This document shows, piece after piece, positions 1 to 10,265 of a DNA stretch of 64,000 bases. Positions within the stretch are counted from its first letter, which is position 1. The number at the start of each line of letters is the position of its first letter. Source of the stretch: Alphaproteobacteria bacterium. Lineage in GTDB: Bacteria; Pseudomonadota; Alphaproteobacteria; SP197. Made by a program: the position numbers and the translations under genes. Location: contig OZ219747.1 of the NCBI GenBank assembly GCA_964291265.2, forward strand, positions 352,001 to 416,000. The letters are read 5' to 3'. The notes beneath the pieces are model-generated. The model saw nothing but the letters and a program-made list of their open reading frames with translations. It ran no database searches and was not told the origin of the DNA.

Positions 1-129
1 AACGAGGGGCGAATCGTCGAGTCCGGCACCCACGACACGCTGCTGGCCCAGGGCGGACTCTATGCCCAGCTGTCACGCCTGCAGCCGATCGAGGAGGAAG
101 GTGTCGACGGCCTTGCCGGGGCGTCATGA
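1..129 (+). CDS. msbA: ABC transporter ATP-binding/permease, 3' end (probably lipid A flippase MsbA)
   Basis: Frame 1 reads [24 protein letters not shown]..., a typical ABCB C-terminus; stop overlaps the waaA start (ATGA); lipid A gene context. Confidence 0.65.
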   Translation, partial: NEGRIVESGTHDTLLAQGGLYAQLSRLQPIEEEGVDGLAGAS

Positions 130-1394
130 TCCAGGAGCTCTACCGCCACGCCACCGCCCTCCTCGAACCCCTTGCCCCGCTCCTCGTCGAACGGCGCCTG
201 AGGCGCGGCAGGGAGGATCCGTTGCGCCGGGAAGAGAGGCTCGGGCGAAGCACGGTTTCGCGGCCGGCAGGGCCTCTCCTGTGGATCCATGCCGCCAGCG
301 TCGGCGAGTCGCTCTCCGTGCTGCCCCTCGCGGAGAAACTGGCCGGCGCCCATGACACATGCGTTCTCTTCACCACCATGACGACCTCGGCTGCCGAGGC
401 CCTGGCGTTGCGGCAGCCGCCCGGCTCGATCCACCAGTACATCCCCTTCGACACTCCGGGAGCGGTGGGGCGCTTCTTCGACAGGTGGCGACCGAATGCA
501 GCCCTGTGGGTCGAATCGGAGCTGTGGCCCAATCTCCTCATGGAAGCGCAGCACCGGCACATCCCCACCGCGCTCGTGAACGGACGTCTCTCCGATCGCT
601 CCTTCGCCCGCTGGAGTCGGCTGCCCGCCTTCAGCCGGAGACTTCTGGGCGGTTTCACCACCGTCCTTGTCCCCGGCGACCGGCAAGGCAGGCGTTTCAC
701 CGCTCTCGGCGCAGCGCCGGTCGTGATCACCGGCGACCTCAAGGCGACGGCCGGTCCTCCCAGGGCCGATCCGGAGGCACGGGCACGCTTCAAGGATGCC
801 GTTGCCGGGCGCCGGGTCTGGCTGGCGGCCAGCACGCACGACGGGGACGAACGACTGGCCTGCGACATTCACCTTGATCTGGCCGACACGGTCGACGGGC
901 TCCTCACCGTCATCGTGCCGCGCCATCCGGCGCGGGCGGACGACATCGCCGAAGAGGCAGCCGCACGCGGTCTCACGGTGGCGCGGAGGTCACACGCGGA
1001 CATGCCGAAACCCGCCACCGACATCTTCCTCGGCGACAGCATCGGAGAGATGGGCCTCTATCTCGGTCTCGGCGATGCCGTCTTCATGGGCAAGTCGATG
1101 TTGCAGCACGGCGGCCACAATCCCCGCGAGGCGGCATGGCTGGGAAAGCCGACCGTGTTCGGACCGCACATGCAGAACTTCACCGACATCGCCCGGCGGC
1201 TCGTGGCGGCGGGCGGCGCCCTCGAGGCTTGCGATGCCGCGTCCCTTCGCCGCCACGTCGCCGGATTGCTCGGAGATGAACAGGCCTGTCGCGCCATGGG
1301 CGAACGGGCAAGGGCCCTCGTCGAAGGCGATGCCGCAGGCGTACTCGATCGGGCCTTTGCCGCCCTGCAACCGCTCTTCGGAAAAGAGCCTTGA
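126..1394 (+). CDS. waaA: 3-deoxy-D-manno-octulosonic acid transferase
   Basis: [34 protein letters not shown] and GGHNPRE motifs. Confidence 0.95.
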   Translation: MIQELYRHATALLEPLAPLLVERRLRRGREDPLRREERLGRSTVSRPAGPLLWIHAASVGESLSVLPLAEKLAGAHDTCVLFTTMTTSAAEALALRQPPGSIHQYIPFDTPGAVGRFFDRWRPNAALWVESELWPNLLMEAQHRHIPTALVNGRLSDRSFARWSRLPAFSRRLLGGFTTVLVPGDRQGRRFTALGAAPVVITGDLKATAGPPRADPEARARFKDAVAGRRVWLAASTHDGDERLACDIHLDLADTVDGLLTVIVPRHPARADDIAEEAAARGLTVARRSHADMPKPATDIFLGDSIGEMGLYLGLGDAVFMGKSMLQHGGHNPREAAWLGKPTVFGPHMQNFTDIARRLVAAGGALEACDAASLRRHVAGLLGDEQACRAMGERARALVEGDAAGVLDRAFAALQPLFGKEP

Positions 1395-2368
1395 TGCGCG
1401 AGCCTGCCTTCTGGGAGAGTGACGGCCCGACGGCACGGGCCCTGCAGCCCCTTGCCGGCATGTGGACCGCGGCAACGCGCCTGCGCAGAAGGGCGGTGCG
1501 TCCCTGGCGGGCGCCTGTACCTGTGCTGTGTGTCGGCAACGTCACCGTGGGCGGCGGCGGCAAGACACCCGCGGCGCGGGCCCTTGCCGACCGGCTCTCT
1601 TCCCGCGGCTGGCAACCCCATATCCTGTCGCGCGGCTTTGGCGGCCGCCAGGCCGGGCCGGTGACCGTTGACCCCGGGCGCCACACGTCCCGCGACGTGG
1701 GGGACGAGCCCCTGCTGCTGGCGCGCCATGCGCCCGTCTGGGTGGCACGGAACAGGGCCCGGTCCGCGGCGGCCGCGGTCGATGCCGGGGCCGATATCCT
1801 TGTCATGGACGACGGTCTGCAGAACGTCCATCTTGCCCGGACCCTTTCCTTCATCGTCATCGACGGCCCCCGCGGCTTCGGCAACGCGAAGGTGCTGCCT
1901 GCCGGGCCCCTGCGCGAACCACTGGCCGACGCTCTCGGGCGCGCCGGCACAGTGGTCATCGTCGGCGACGATGACCACGGCCTGGAGCGAGCACTGGCAG
2001 GCGAGGGACTGTGCGTCCTCCATGCCCGCCTCGAGGCCGATCGCATTCCAGGTGACGGCCTGCCGCTCTTCGCCTTCGCCGGAATCGCCAGACCGGCCAA
2101 GTTCTTCGCCACTCTCGAGGAACACGGCGCCGACGTGGTGAAGACGCGGAGCTTTGCCGATCATCACCGGTACGATCCCATGACCGTGACCGCGATGTTC
2201 GAGGAAGCAAGCACCCTGGGCGCGAAGCTCGTGACGACGGAGAAGGACTGGGTGCGCCTCGATGAGGAAACGCGCCCCCTTGCCGAGCCGGTGCCGGTGA
2301 CGATGGTGTTCCGGGAAGAGGGCAGCCTCGATGCCCTGATCGATCGGGTCGGGATTGCCGCGTCATGA
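1394..2368 (+). CDS. lpxK: tetraacyldisaccharide 4'-kinase
   Basis: VGNVTVGGGGKTP, VGDEP, MDDGLQN, LPAGPLRE and TTEKD motifs. Confidence 0.95.
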   Translation: MREPAFWESDGPTARALQPLAGMWTAATRLRRRAVRPWRAPVPVLCVGNVTVGGGGKTPAARALADRLSSRGWQPHILSRGFGGRQAGPVTVDPGRHTSRDVGDEPLLLARHAPVWVARNRARSAAAAVDAGADILVMDDGLQNVHLARTLSFIVIDGPRGFGNAKVLPAGPLREPLADALGRAGTVVIVGDDDHGLERALAGEGLCVLHARLEADRIPGDGLPLFAFAGIARPAKFFATLEEHGADVVKTRSFADHHRYDPMTVTAMFEEASTLGAKLVTTEKDWVRLDEETRPLAEPVPVTMVFREEGSLDALIDRVGIAAS

Positions 2369-3234
2369 AGGCAGGTCCGCGCGATATCGTCGAAGCTGGA
2401 TTCCTGTGGCTGGGATTTGTCCTGTTCCGGACCATCGGGCTCGAGAGCGCCTCGGCTCTCGGCGGATGTCTCGGACGCCTCGCCGGACGCTTCGCCATCT
2501 CGCGCAACCGCATCGCCCGGCGCAACATCGGGCAGAGTTTCCCCGGCATCACCGCGGAGGAGGTGCAGCGCATCATCACCGGCATGTGGGACAACTTCGG
2601 GCGCCTGGTGGCCGAGTTTCCGCATCTCCATGCCATCGATGTCTATGGCGGCTCCCGGGTGACCATCACCCGTGATCCGGGCGTCGACGAGTTTGCCCAC
2701 ATGCCGTCGATCTTCATGGGCGCCCATTTCGGCTGCTTCGACCTCGGCATCCTTCTCGCCACCCAGAAGGACATCGACCTCACCATCATCTACCGCCAGG
2801 CGAACAATCCACTGGCTGAACGCCTGATCCAGTCATGGCGTCTCAAGTGCGGCGGCACATGGGCGCCGAAGGGACGCAGAGGCTCCCAGCTGGTGCTGAA
2901 GGGCCTGCGCCGCAAGGGCGCCATCGCCGTCCTCGGCGACCAGAAGTACTCGCAAGGGGTCCCGGTCCCCTTCTTCGGCCGGGACGCGATGACCGCCCCG
3001 GCCCTCGCCGAACTGGCGCTCAAGCACGACATTCCGATCATTCCCATCCGCGTCCTGCGCAAACCCCGGGCGCGCTTCCACGTGCACCTCTTCGCTCCCC
3101 TCGACATCGTCAGGACCGGAGACGCGGCCAGGGACGTGCGCACCATGCTGCGGGCCATCAACGCAACCTACGAAGACTGGATCCGGGAACACCCCGAGCA
3201 GTGGCTGTGGCTCCACCGCCGCTGGGATACCTGA
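2365..3234 (+). CDS. lpxL: lipid A lauroyl acyltransferase (HtrB/LpxL family)
   Basis: AHFG(C)FD, LGDQ, VPFFGRDA and PEQWLWLHRRW motifs; ATGA overlap with lpxK. Confidence 0.85.
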   Translation: MKAGPRDIVEAGFLWLGFVLFRTIGLESASALGGCLGRLAGRFAISRNRIARRNIGQSFPGITAEEVQRIITGMWDNFGRLVAEFPHLHAIDVYGGSRVTITRDPGVDEFAHMPSIFMGAHFGCFDLGILLATQKDIDLTIIYRQANNPLAERLIQSWRLKCGGTWAPKGRRGSQLVLKGLRRKGAIAVLGDQKYSQGVPVPFFGRDAMTAPALAELALKHDIPIIPIRVLRKPRARFHVHLFAPLDIVRTGDAARDVRTMLRAINATYEDWIREHPEQWLWLHRRWDT

Positions 3235-3474
3235 CCTCTTCGCCCCGGCTGAGATCCGTGCCGCATGCCCGAAGAGACCGCATTGTCGATGAACAGGCGC
3301 AAGCTCCCATCCACCCGAGCCGATCTCCGTGCCGCGCAGTCCGAACCGCCGCTTAGCAGCCACTGCCGGGACGGGCTGTTCCAGGCAACGCTGAGACCTC
3401 GCAGCTCGGCACCTCGCGCCCCTCGACCGCCGGCCGCTCCGCTTCGCCACCGAACTTCCGCTGCCGCCGCCGCT

Positions 3475-3590
3475 CCAGGCCCGCCGTGACAGCCGTTCAA
3501 GCTCGGCCGCAGCCCCCCTTCGGCGGCGGCGACGCCAGCAGCGGGCCAACCACCGCGAAGCGCAGCCGCGTCCAGGCGTCCCTGGCGTCC
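3475..3590 (-). pseudogene. stub resembling the N-terminus of a DDE/IS481-like integrase
   Basis: RDAWTRLRFAVVGPLLASPPPKG, then a frameshift to AAELERLSRRAW; boundaries approximate. Confidence 0.4.
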
Positions 3591-3599
3591 GTTGTTGAT

Positions 3600-3725
3600 G
3601 CAGTTGTATTGGTCGACGAAGGCGTTCCACAGCTGCCACCCCTCGGTGGCGGTGACGGGCTCGACGCGAAGCGGGCGCCGTTCCGACAGCGGCGCCACGA
3701 TCTCCGGCTGCGGGTCGGAGCCAAG
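3600..3725 (-). pseudogene. DUF4338-domain fragment
   Basis: PLRVEPVTATEGWQLWNAFVDQYN resembles the DUF4338 LWN..I.RYHYL segment; truncated. Confidence 0.45.
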
Positions 3726-3744
3726 GTCCAGATAGGGAGAGATG

Positions 3745-4183
3745 TCATGTCGCGGAGACGTTCTCCTCTTCCAGCAGGCACCGGACCTGGTCGAGACCTT
3801 CCTCGAACCGGACAACGCTCTCCTCCATGTCGATACCGAACTGCTCGTCTTCTTGATGGAGGAAGGCCAGCGCGAAGCCGACATCGAGCCGGCCGCCCGA
3901 GATGACGTCGAGCATACCGATCTCGCCAGCCAGCTTGAGCGGATTGTTGAACACCGGCAGCACCGCGCCCGTCACAATTCGCGCGGTCCTGCTGCGCTGC
4001 GAGGCGGTGGCGAGGAAGATGATAGGGTGCGGGCTGTAGCCAATGGTGCAAGTAGTGCAAATAGTGCTCGACGAACCGCACGTGGCTGTACCCCGCGGCG
4101 GTGGCAGAGCCCGACCAGATCGAGCGATTCGGCGAGATATCGTTCCGCCGGCTTTTCGGTCGGCCGGACACCGAGAACTGCAT
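3745..4183 (-). pseudogene. LLM-class flavin-dependent monooxygenase, frameshifted and truncated
   Basis: Pieces in different frames: EKPAERYLAESLDL / GYSHVRFVEHY / TGAVLPVFNNPLKLAGEIGMLDVISGGRLDVGF. Confidence 0.7.
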
Positions 4184-4399
4184 GCCGTACTGCACCGATT
4201 CCTCCTGATCCTGACTCACCCCGCCGCATGTTACCCCAACCGGGGTTGAGATAACGCGCAGGGGGGATTGACGCGGCGGACGGGCTTCGGACATATCTGC
4301 GCGCGAATGCGCCAAACTGGCTGGCCCCCCCCAACGGATCGCTACCAGACCTGCGAATCACGTCATGCGTACGCGCGCCAGAGGTTCCTCTGCAGCCCG

Positions 4400-4558
4400 C
4401 CAAAGCGCGGTCCGCTCTTCCCCTGACAGAGCGTTATTGCAAGCCGCAAGGCGTCCAGATCGATTGTTCGGACCGATGAACACCGCCGTCTCGTCCAGGT
4501 TGAGGAGGAGATGACGAATTGACCGGAAACTCCGGATCTCGATCCGCGCCAGGCGCAT
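4400..4558 (-). pseudogene. N-terminal stub of an ATP-dependent (OLD/AAA_15-like) nuclease
   Basis: MRLARIEIRSFRSIRHL...TAVFIGPNN; the GK(S/T) of Walker A is lost at a frameshift into LDALRLA. Confidence 0.6.
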
Positions 4559-4703
4559 TCCGCTGGGCGCCTCCATGATTCGGTTCCATGGGACGTCCCA
4601 TCGTCGCCGAGCAGTAGCCGCACTAGCCAGGCGAGGAGACCGCGCCAGGCTCTTCTCCGCAATTGGCACCTCTCCACGCCCTGGATGGACGGGCTTCGGT
4701 CGC

Positions 4704-5162
4704 TCACTCCCGCGCAAGCGACGACTGGATGCAGTGGAAGTCCTCGATCACGGTCGGGAGGTTGATACCGGCATGGCGCAGGTCGCCATGCGCGACGTGA
4801 TTGCGGACTTCGTAAAGCTCCAGGGTTCTCTTCCATACGTTGCTGCTCCGGTCGAGCACGAGCGTCAGACGGTTCCTGAAGCTCAGCCTGAGATTGTTCT
4901 CGTCGTAGACGCTCCACGCCCGCCGGTGCCGCCAGTCCTCATGCGATTTCCCGAGACGGATCGCGTCGCGACAGGCATCATCTATCTCCGCTTCCAACTG
5001 CCCCCAGGCCAGCACGAAATACGCCTGCTCGTTCAGTTTCTGCTGGCGTTCGACACGGTCGCGCTCATCGGCCTCGCCGGCCGCTTCATGCTGCTCACGC
5101 AAGTCTTCGAGTGAATTGTCGACCTGCTGGAACAGGGCGGCAATGGCATCCAGATCGGTCAC
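4704..5162 (-). CDS. HEPN-domain protein (putative ribonuclease)
   Basis: 152 aa from GTG 5162, helical-looking; AYFVLAWGQLE near the N-terminus and RNHVAH (Rx4H) near the C-terminus; GTGA overlap with the upstream gene. Confidence 0.7.
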   Translation of the reverse strand: MTDLDAIAALFQQVDNSLEDLREQHEAAGEADERDRVERQQKLNEQAYFVLAWGQLEAEIDDACRDAIRLGKSHEDWRHRRAWSVYDENNLRLSFRNRLTLVLDRSSNVWKRTLELYEVRNHVAHGDLRHAGINLPTVIEDFHCIQSSLARE

Positions 5163-5596
5163 CGCAGGACGCGCTTCAGCCAGTCTTCGCTGACCGTCTC
5201 GCGCGCGCACCGATGCTCGGCAGGCGCAGCCTGCCAGTCGGGCGCCTTGAAATTCTCGGACATGTCGACCATCAGATAGCGGCGCCCGCCCCGCTTCATA
5301 TCCACGCGGCCGTTGCTGCCGATGATCCACAGTCCGCGCGGAACGAGCCTGGCCTGATGGCCCGCGCGGTCCCGGAGATCAAGCGTCGGCATCCGCTTCG
5401 CAGCGACGCCGAACTTGCGCATCAGCTCCTCGTGCATGACGACCGGCGCGCCCTGACGAGCCTCCCACCCGTCCGGCAACCAGTCGCCGATTGCAGAGTA
5501 GAGCCCGTTCAGCCGCTCTTCCCAGTCATCGACGCGTCGGCGTATGTGCTGCACGTCGATGGTGTCGCTTGTAACGTCTTCGAGAACCGTGCCCAT
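5159..5596 (-). CDS. hypothetical protein coupled to the HEPN gene
   Basis: Protein-like 145-aa ORF with a PRGLWIIGSNGRVD segment; stop overlaps the HEPN start. Confidence 0.7.
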   Translation of the reverse strand: MGTVLEDVTSDTIDVQHIRRRVDDWEERLNGLYSAIGDWLPDGWEARQGAPVVMHEELMRKFGVAAKRMPTLDLRDRAGHQARLVPRGLWIIGSNGRVDMKRGGRRYLMVDMSENFKAPDWQAAPAEHRCARETVSEDWLKRVLR

Positions 5597-5844
5597 CGAA
5601 CCGTTCCGCCCTGCCGCTCGCCCGGTCAGCCCTTCATGATCCACGCTGTGGCGACTCTTGGACACTTTCTATTGAGCGGCGGAAGGCGTTTCAACCTGAA
5701 ACGGGCAGTTGGAAGGCGCGATTGCGCTCTCGGCTGGGTTCAACGATCGGTTTTCGGGGCCGGTTTCAGTACGCGGGTACGCGGACACGATCTTGGGTGG
5801 GGGTGGTTCGGTCGATGGCTTTTCGCCGGCTTGACACAACCTGG

Positions 5845-6099
5845 CCGAGAGGACCTTCCGGGGTGACCGCGAGAAAGCTGAGCTTCGGCTCCGACAGCGA
5901 GGAGGACGCCGCCTTCACCGCCATCATGGACTCGCTCATCGGCACCCTTGCCATGAACGGCATCCATGTTCGGCGCTGGCTTCATGAGTGGCTTGATGCC
6001 TGCGCGCAGAACGGCGGCAAGCCGCCGGATGACCTCGATGCGTGGCTGCCATGGTCGATGAGCCCGGAGCGCCGACGGGACCTCATGGAACCGGGGTGA
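5845..6099 (+). mobile_element. IS66 transposase C-terminal remnant
   Basis: VTARKLSFGSDSEE...WLPWSMSPERRRDLMEPG is near-identical to the C-terminus of the transposase ending at 23158. Confidence 0.85.
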
Positions 6100-6285
6100 T
6101 CGCGTACCGCTACTGGGGCCGTGACGTCACCGCGCGCGAGATGGCGCTGTTGCGCTCCCTGATCACCCAGCACCCCACCCGTGCGGCCATCGCCCGCGCC
6201 TTCTGCCGCGAGACCGGCTGGCGCAAGACCGACCGTGGCCTCAAGGACATGACGGCGAGGACCGCCTTGCTGGCCATGCACACCA
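6096..6285 (+). pseudogene. DUF4338 N-terminal fragment (IS66 passenger)
   Basis: RYWGRDVTAREMALLRSLITQHPTRAAIARAFCRETGW...LKDMTAR; paralog of 22860-23161; GTGA overlap with the transposase stop. Confidence 0.7.
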
Positions 6286-6289
6286 ATCC

Positions 6290-6500
6290 CTCAACGGATG
6301 GCCCGCCGCCGCACAGAACATCGTCCCGCGCGCCACCTCCATCGGATGGACCCCTGTCGCGCTCCTCATCGAGGACGTGCATCGTTCCACCGAGAATGGC
6401 GCAGTCCACCTGGCTGACATCGGGAAGCACACCCCCGCGGCAGATGTCGCCAGCGCTATCGTGCCATGTCACGATCCAGTCCCTTGTCGATCCCTGGGAA
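6290..6500 (-). pseudogene. possible type 1 glutamine amidotransferase fragment
   Basis: LPDVSQVDCAILGGTMHVLDEE resembles the GATase1 'lGGpm.v.de' segment; frameshifted. Confidence 0.3.
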
Positions 6501-6715
6501 ACAGATGCTGCGGTCGAGCGCCGGATCGTGCTGATCTCGCTCACCGAACATCGAAATGAACAAGAGGCTCCACGCCATCGACCCGTCTCCGTGAACGCTC
6601 GTGCCCGATGTTGCTACGCTATCTGCAGGCGCCCTCCCGCGGCAACGGGCTTTACAGCGGTCGCGCCCACTTCGTACTCTTGGTTCCTTCCGGGCGGCGA
6701 GGTGGACGAGACCAG

Positions 6716-7885
6716 GTGAATGCGAACCTTGATGCGGCCGTCGACATTCTCTCCCGCCTGGTCGCGTGCCCGAGCGTGTCGGGAAGGCCCAACCACGACA
6801 TCGTCGGCATCGTCAGGGACGTTCTGGAGACCCAGGGGATCCCCTGTTCGTTGAGTTTCGATGAGTCGGGGGAACGGGCCAACGTCTTCGCCACCATCGG
6901 GCCATCGAGGGACGGAGGTGTCGTGCTGTGCGGTCACATGGACGTGGTGCCCGTCGAAGGTCAGCAGTGGAAGACCGATCCCTTCCGGATGACGCGGGTC
7001 GACGATCGGCTCCATGGCCGCGGTACGGTCGACATGAAGGGTTTCCTTGCCTGCGTCCTGGCATCGGTTCCGGCGTGGCAGACGATGGACCTCTCGCGGC
7101 CTGTCCACGTTGCCTTCACCTACGACGAGGAGATCGGCGGGTTCGGCATGCCTGTGCTGCTGCAGGACATGGCGAGGAGGGACTTCCGCCCAGGCATCGT
7201 CATCGTCGGGGAACCGACGGGCATGAAGATTGTCTCGGGCCACAAGGGGGCCGTCGAACTCCATACCCTCGTCACGGGCCTCGAGGCCCATTCGTGCAAC
7301 CCCTGCAACGGCGTCAACGCGATCGCCTACGCCATGCGCCTCATCAGCCGCATCGAGGAGCACGCCCGCAGGTGCGCCGCCGATCCTGTCGCGGAATCGC
7401 CTTACGATCCGCCGTTTCCAACGCTCAATGTCGGCAGGATCAACGGGGGAACGGCGCGCAACATCACGTCAGGATGGTGTGAATTCGACTGGGAGGTCCG
7501 CATGCTTCCGGGAGATGACGGGATGGACTTCGTCGATGACATACGCCGCTACTGCGAACGGCAACTCGTTCCGGAAATGCGCGTTCGCTGCCCCGAGGCC
7601 GATATCGTGACCACCATCGAGGCCCGTGTTCCGGGTCTCGATGACCGCCACGCCGGCGACGCGATCGATTTCGTCCGAAGCCTGACCGGGCTCAACAGCG
7701 CAGAGGTCGTCTCCTTCGGCACGGACGCCGGGTACTTCAGCGAAGCGGCGTACTCGACCATCGTCTTCGGGCCCGGCAGCATCGAGCGCGCCCACAAGCC
7801 GGACGAGTACATCGAACTCGGTGAATTGGCCGAAGGGCTCGCATTTCTCGAGAAGGTGGGACGTCGGCTGGTGCGTTCCTTGTGA
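6716..7885 (+). CDS. argE: acetylornithine deacetylase-like M20 amidohydrolase
   Basis: GHMDVVP, GRGTVDMKG, YDEEIG, VGEPT, FGTDAG and AHKPDEYI motifs; GTG start inferred. Confidence 0.85.
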   Translation: MNANLDAAVDILSRLVACPSVSGRPNHDIVGIVRDVLETQGIPCSLSFDESGERANVFATIGPSRDGGVVLCGHMDVVPVEGQQWKTDPFRMTRVDDRLHGRGTVDMKGFLACVLASVPAWQTMDLSRPVHVAFTYDEEIGGFGMPVLLQDMARRDFRPGIVIVGEPTGMKIVSGHKGAVELHTLVTGLEAHSCNPCNGVNAIAYAMRLISRIEEHARRCAADPVAESPYDPPFPTLNVGRINGGTARNITSGWCEFDWEVRMLPGDDGMDFVDDIRRYCERQLVPEMRVRCPEADIVTTIEARVPGLDDRHAGDAIDFVRSLTGLNSAEVVSFGTDAGYFSEAAYSTIVFGPGSIERAHKPDEYIELGELAEGLAFLEKVGRRLVRSL

Positions 7886-7946
7886 GGGGAGCGGCCCCGT
7901 GCCAGAGTACCGCACGTTTCAACCGACAATGGGGAGATCCTTCATC

Positions 7947-8801
7947 ATGAGATTCATGACATGGTCGTATGCGGCGGTCGCCGCGAGCCTTGTCCTGACC
8001 CACTGGTCAACGCAGGTCCAGGCGGATGAGCATACGCTCCTCGAAAGGGCAATGGCCGGCGAAGCCGTGCGCATCGGCTTCGCCAACGAGGTCCCGTGGG
8101 CCTATCCCGGCGAGGACAACGAGCCGCTTGGTTTCGTCAATGCCATCGCCACCGGTATCCTGACCGAGATGGGAGTCACCGACATCGAACCGGTGGTCAC
8201 CGACTGGGGCGGCCTGATTCCCGGGCTCAACGCCAATCGGTTCGATATCATCACCGGCGGCATGTACATTCTCGGCAGCCGCTGCGAGAACGTGACGTTC
8301 TCCGAACCGATCGGCGTGTTCGGCGATGCCTTCATCGTCGCGGCAGGCAACCCGAAGGGGATTCAGACCTACGAGGACATCCGCGACATGGGAGCGACGA
8401 TCGTCACGGGAGCGGGCTACAACATCGTTGAAGTCGCCAAGAAACAGGGCATCGACGACTCCAGCATCATGCAGGTTCCCGGCCCCACGGAGATCCTTGC
8501 CGCGGTCCGCGCCGGCCGTGCCGACGCCGGCGGCGTGACGTTCTTCACGGCACGCACCCTCGCCGCGGAGAGCGAAGGCGAAATCGACATCACCGATCCA
8601 TCCCTCCTTCCGGAATGGACCTTCAACTGGGTCGGAATAGCGTTCCGTCACGAAGACACCGATTTCGTCGCGGCGTTCAACGATGCGCTGGCGTCCTGGG
8701 TCGGTTCGGACGAGATGATGGCCGCCGTGGCCGAGTACGGTTACACGGCATCCCAACTGCCCGGCGAAGGCAGAACGGAGTATGCCTGCGCCAACCGCTG
8801 A
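7947..8801 (+). CDS. ehuB: ectoine/hydroxyectoine-type ABC transporter substrate-binding protein
   Basis: Signal peptide; RIGFANEVPWAY and WGGLIPGLNANRFDII motifs; followed by ehuCDA. Confidence 0.8.
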   Translation: MRFMTWSYAAVAASLVLTHWSTQVQADEHTLLERAMAGEAVRIGFANEVPWAYPGEDNEPLGFVNAIATGILTEMGVTDIEPVVTDWGGLIPGLNANRFDIITGGMYILGSRCENVTFSEPIGVFGDAFIVAAGNPKGIQTYEDIRDMGATIVTGAGYNIVEVAKKQGIDDSSIMQVPGPTEILAAVRAGRADAGGVTFFTARTLAAESEGEIDITDPSLLPEWTFNWVGIAFRHEDTDFVAAFNDALASWVGSDEMMAAVAEYGYTASQLPGEGRTEYACANR

Positions 8802-8821
8802 ACGTCAGACTGCAGCATGTT

Positions 8822-8869
8822 CGATCCAGGGCCTCCCGGCCGTTGTCCCGGTCGGGAGGCCCTGGATCG
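8822..8869 (+). promoter_or_regulatory. long intercistronic stem-loop between ehuB and ehuC
   Basis: CGATCCAGGGCCTCCCGGCCG-ttgtcc-CGGTCGGGAGGCCCTGGATCG: 21-bp stem with one G-U pair and no U-tract; probably stabilises the SBP mRNA. Confidence 0.7.
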
Positions 8870-8890
8870 TGAATCCGGCGGGCACTCCTG

Positions 8891-9568
8891 ATGGAGCGCT
8901 ATCTCGATTTTCTGGTGGAGTACGGCCCGCGCTTCATCGACGGGACCATCGTCACCGTCCAGCAAACCGTGCTCGCCGCCTTGCTGGCGGTTGCCATCGC
9001 CCTCCTGATGGGGCTGATGAAGCTCTCGAAGCTGGTCCTCGTCCGCTCCGTTGCCACCACCTACATCGAGATCTTCCGGGGAACGTCCCTCCTCATCCAG
9101 CTGTTCTGGATCTTCTTCGTGCTGCCGCTGTTTGGCCTCACCCTGGACAAGTTCTCCGCGGGCTTCATCGCGGTTGGCATGAATCTCGGCGCCTACGGAG
9201 CCGAAGTCGTCCGCGGCGCCATCATCTCGGTTCCGCGCGGCCAGTACGAAGTCGCCATCGCGCTCAATCTCTCCCCCTACAAGCGCATGATCAGGATCAT
9301 CCTGCCACAGGCCCTGCTCGCCATGCTGCCACCCTGGGGCAACCTCTTCATCGAGCTTCTCAAGGGAACGGCCCTGGTGGCGCTCATCTCGGTCACCGAC
9401 CTCATGTTCGAGGCGCGCCAGATCAACGGCTCGACCTTCCTTTCCGCCGAGGCATTCGGCACGGCGCTCATCATCTACTACCTCCTGGCACGGCTGCTGA
9501 TATCGCCATCGATGCTGGCCCTCGAGAGATTCATGGCGCGCAAGATGGGCCGGAGCACCGGAGGATAG
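8891..9568 (+). CDS. ehuC: ectoine ABC transporter permease
   Basis: YIEIFRGTSLLIQLFW and GAYGAEVVRGAI motifs. Confidence 0.85.
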   Translation: MERYLDFLVEYGPRFIDGTIVTVQQTVLAALLAVAIALLMGLMKLSKLVLVRSVATTYIEIFRGTSLLIQLFWIFFVLPLFGLTLDKFSAGFIAVGMNLGAYGAEVVRGAIISVPRGQYEVAIALNLSPYKRMIRIILPQALLAMLPPWGNLFIELLKGTALVALISVTDLMFEARQINGSTFLSAEAFGTALIIYYLLARLLISPSMLALERFMARKMGRSTGG

Positions 9569-9571
9569 GCC

Positions 9572-10240
9572 ATGTTCGACTGGAAATGGGACTTCACCTT
9601 CGAAATCCTGCCGCGCCTCCTTCTGGCCACCACCAATACCCTGCTCGCCGCCGGGGTCGGCTACGCCATCGCCCTCGTGGTCGGACTGGCCCTCGCACTG
9701 GGACAGCGCACGTCCATCACACTTCTCTCGGTCGCCCTGCGCGAATGCGTCGAGTTCATCCGCTCCACTCCGCTGGTCCTGCAGATCTTCTTCGTCTTCT
9801 ACGTCGGGCCGCAGGTGGGCGTGACGCTCTCTCCCTGGACCGCCGGCATGATCGCCATCGGCCTGCACTACGCCGCGTACCTTTCCGAAGTCTACCGGGC
9901 GGGGCTCGACAGCGTTCCGAAGGGACAATGGGAAGCCTGCAAGGCTCTGAACCTGTCGACCGGGAGAAGCTATTTCAGGATCATCATTCCCCAGGCGCTG
10001 CCACCCGCGATCCCGGGCATGGGGAACTACCTTGTCGGCATCTTCAAGGATACGCCGATGCTCTCGGTGATCGGGGTGGCCGAGCTCCTTCACGCCGCCA
10101 ATGCTGTCGGCTCCGAAACCTACCGCTTCCTCGAACCCTATACCCTGGTCGGCATCATCTTCCTCGCCGTTTCCCTGCCTGCGGCATTCGGTCTAAGAAG
10201 GTTCGAGACATGGACACGGCGCATGCTCGGTGTCGATTGA
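9572..10240 (+). CDS. ehuD: ectoine ABC transporter permease
   Basis: WDFTFEILP, EFIRSTPL, YLSEVYRAG and FKDTP motifs. Confidence 0.85.
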   Translation: MFDWKWDFTFEILPRLLLATTNTLLAAGVGYAIALVVGLALALGQRTSITLLSVALRECVEFIRSTPLVLQIFFVFYVGPQVGVTLSPWTAGMIAIGLHYAAYLSEVYRAGLDSVPKGQWEACKALNLSTGRSYFRIIIPQALPPAIPGMGNYLVGIFKDTPMLSVIGVAELLHAANAVGSETYRFLEPYTLVGIIFLAVSLPAAFGLRRFETWTRRMLGVD

Positions 10241-10265
10241 CCGGCCGTCGGGACAGGACAGAGTC

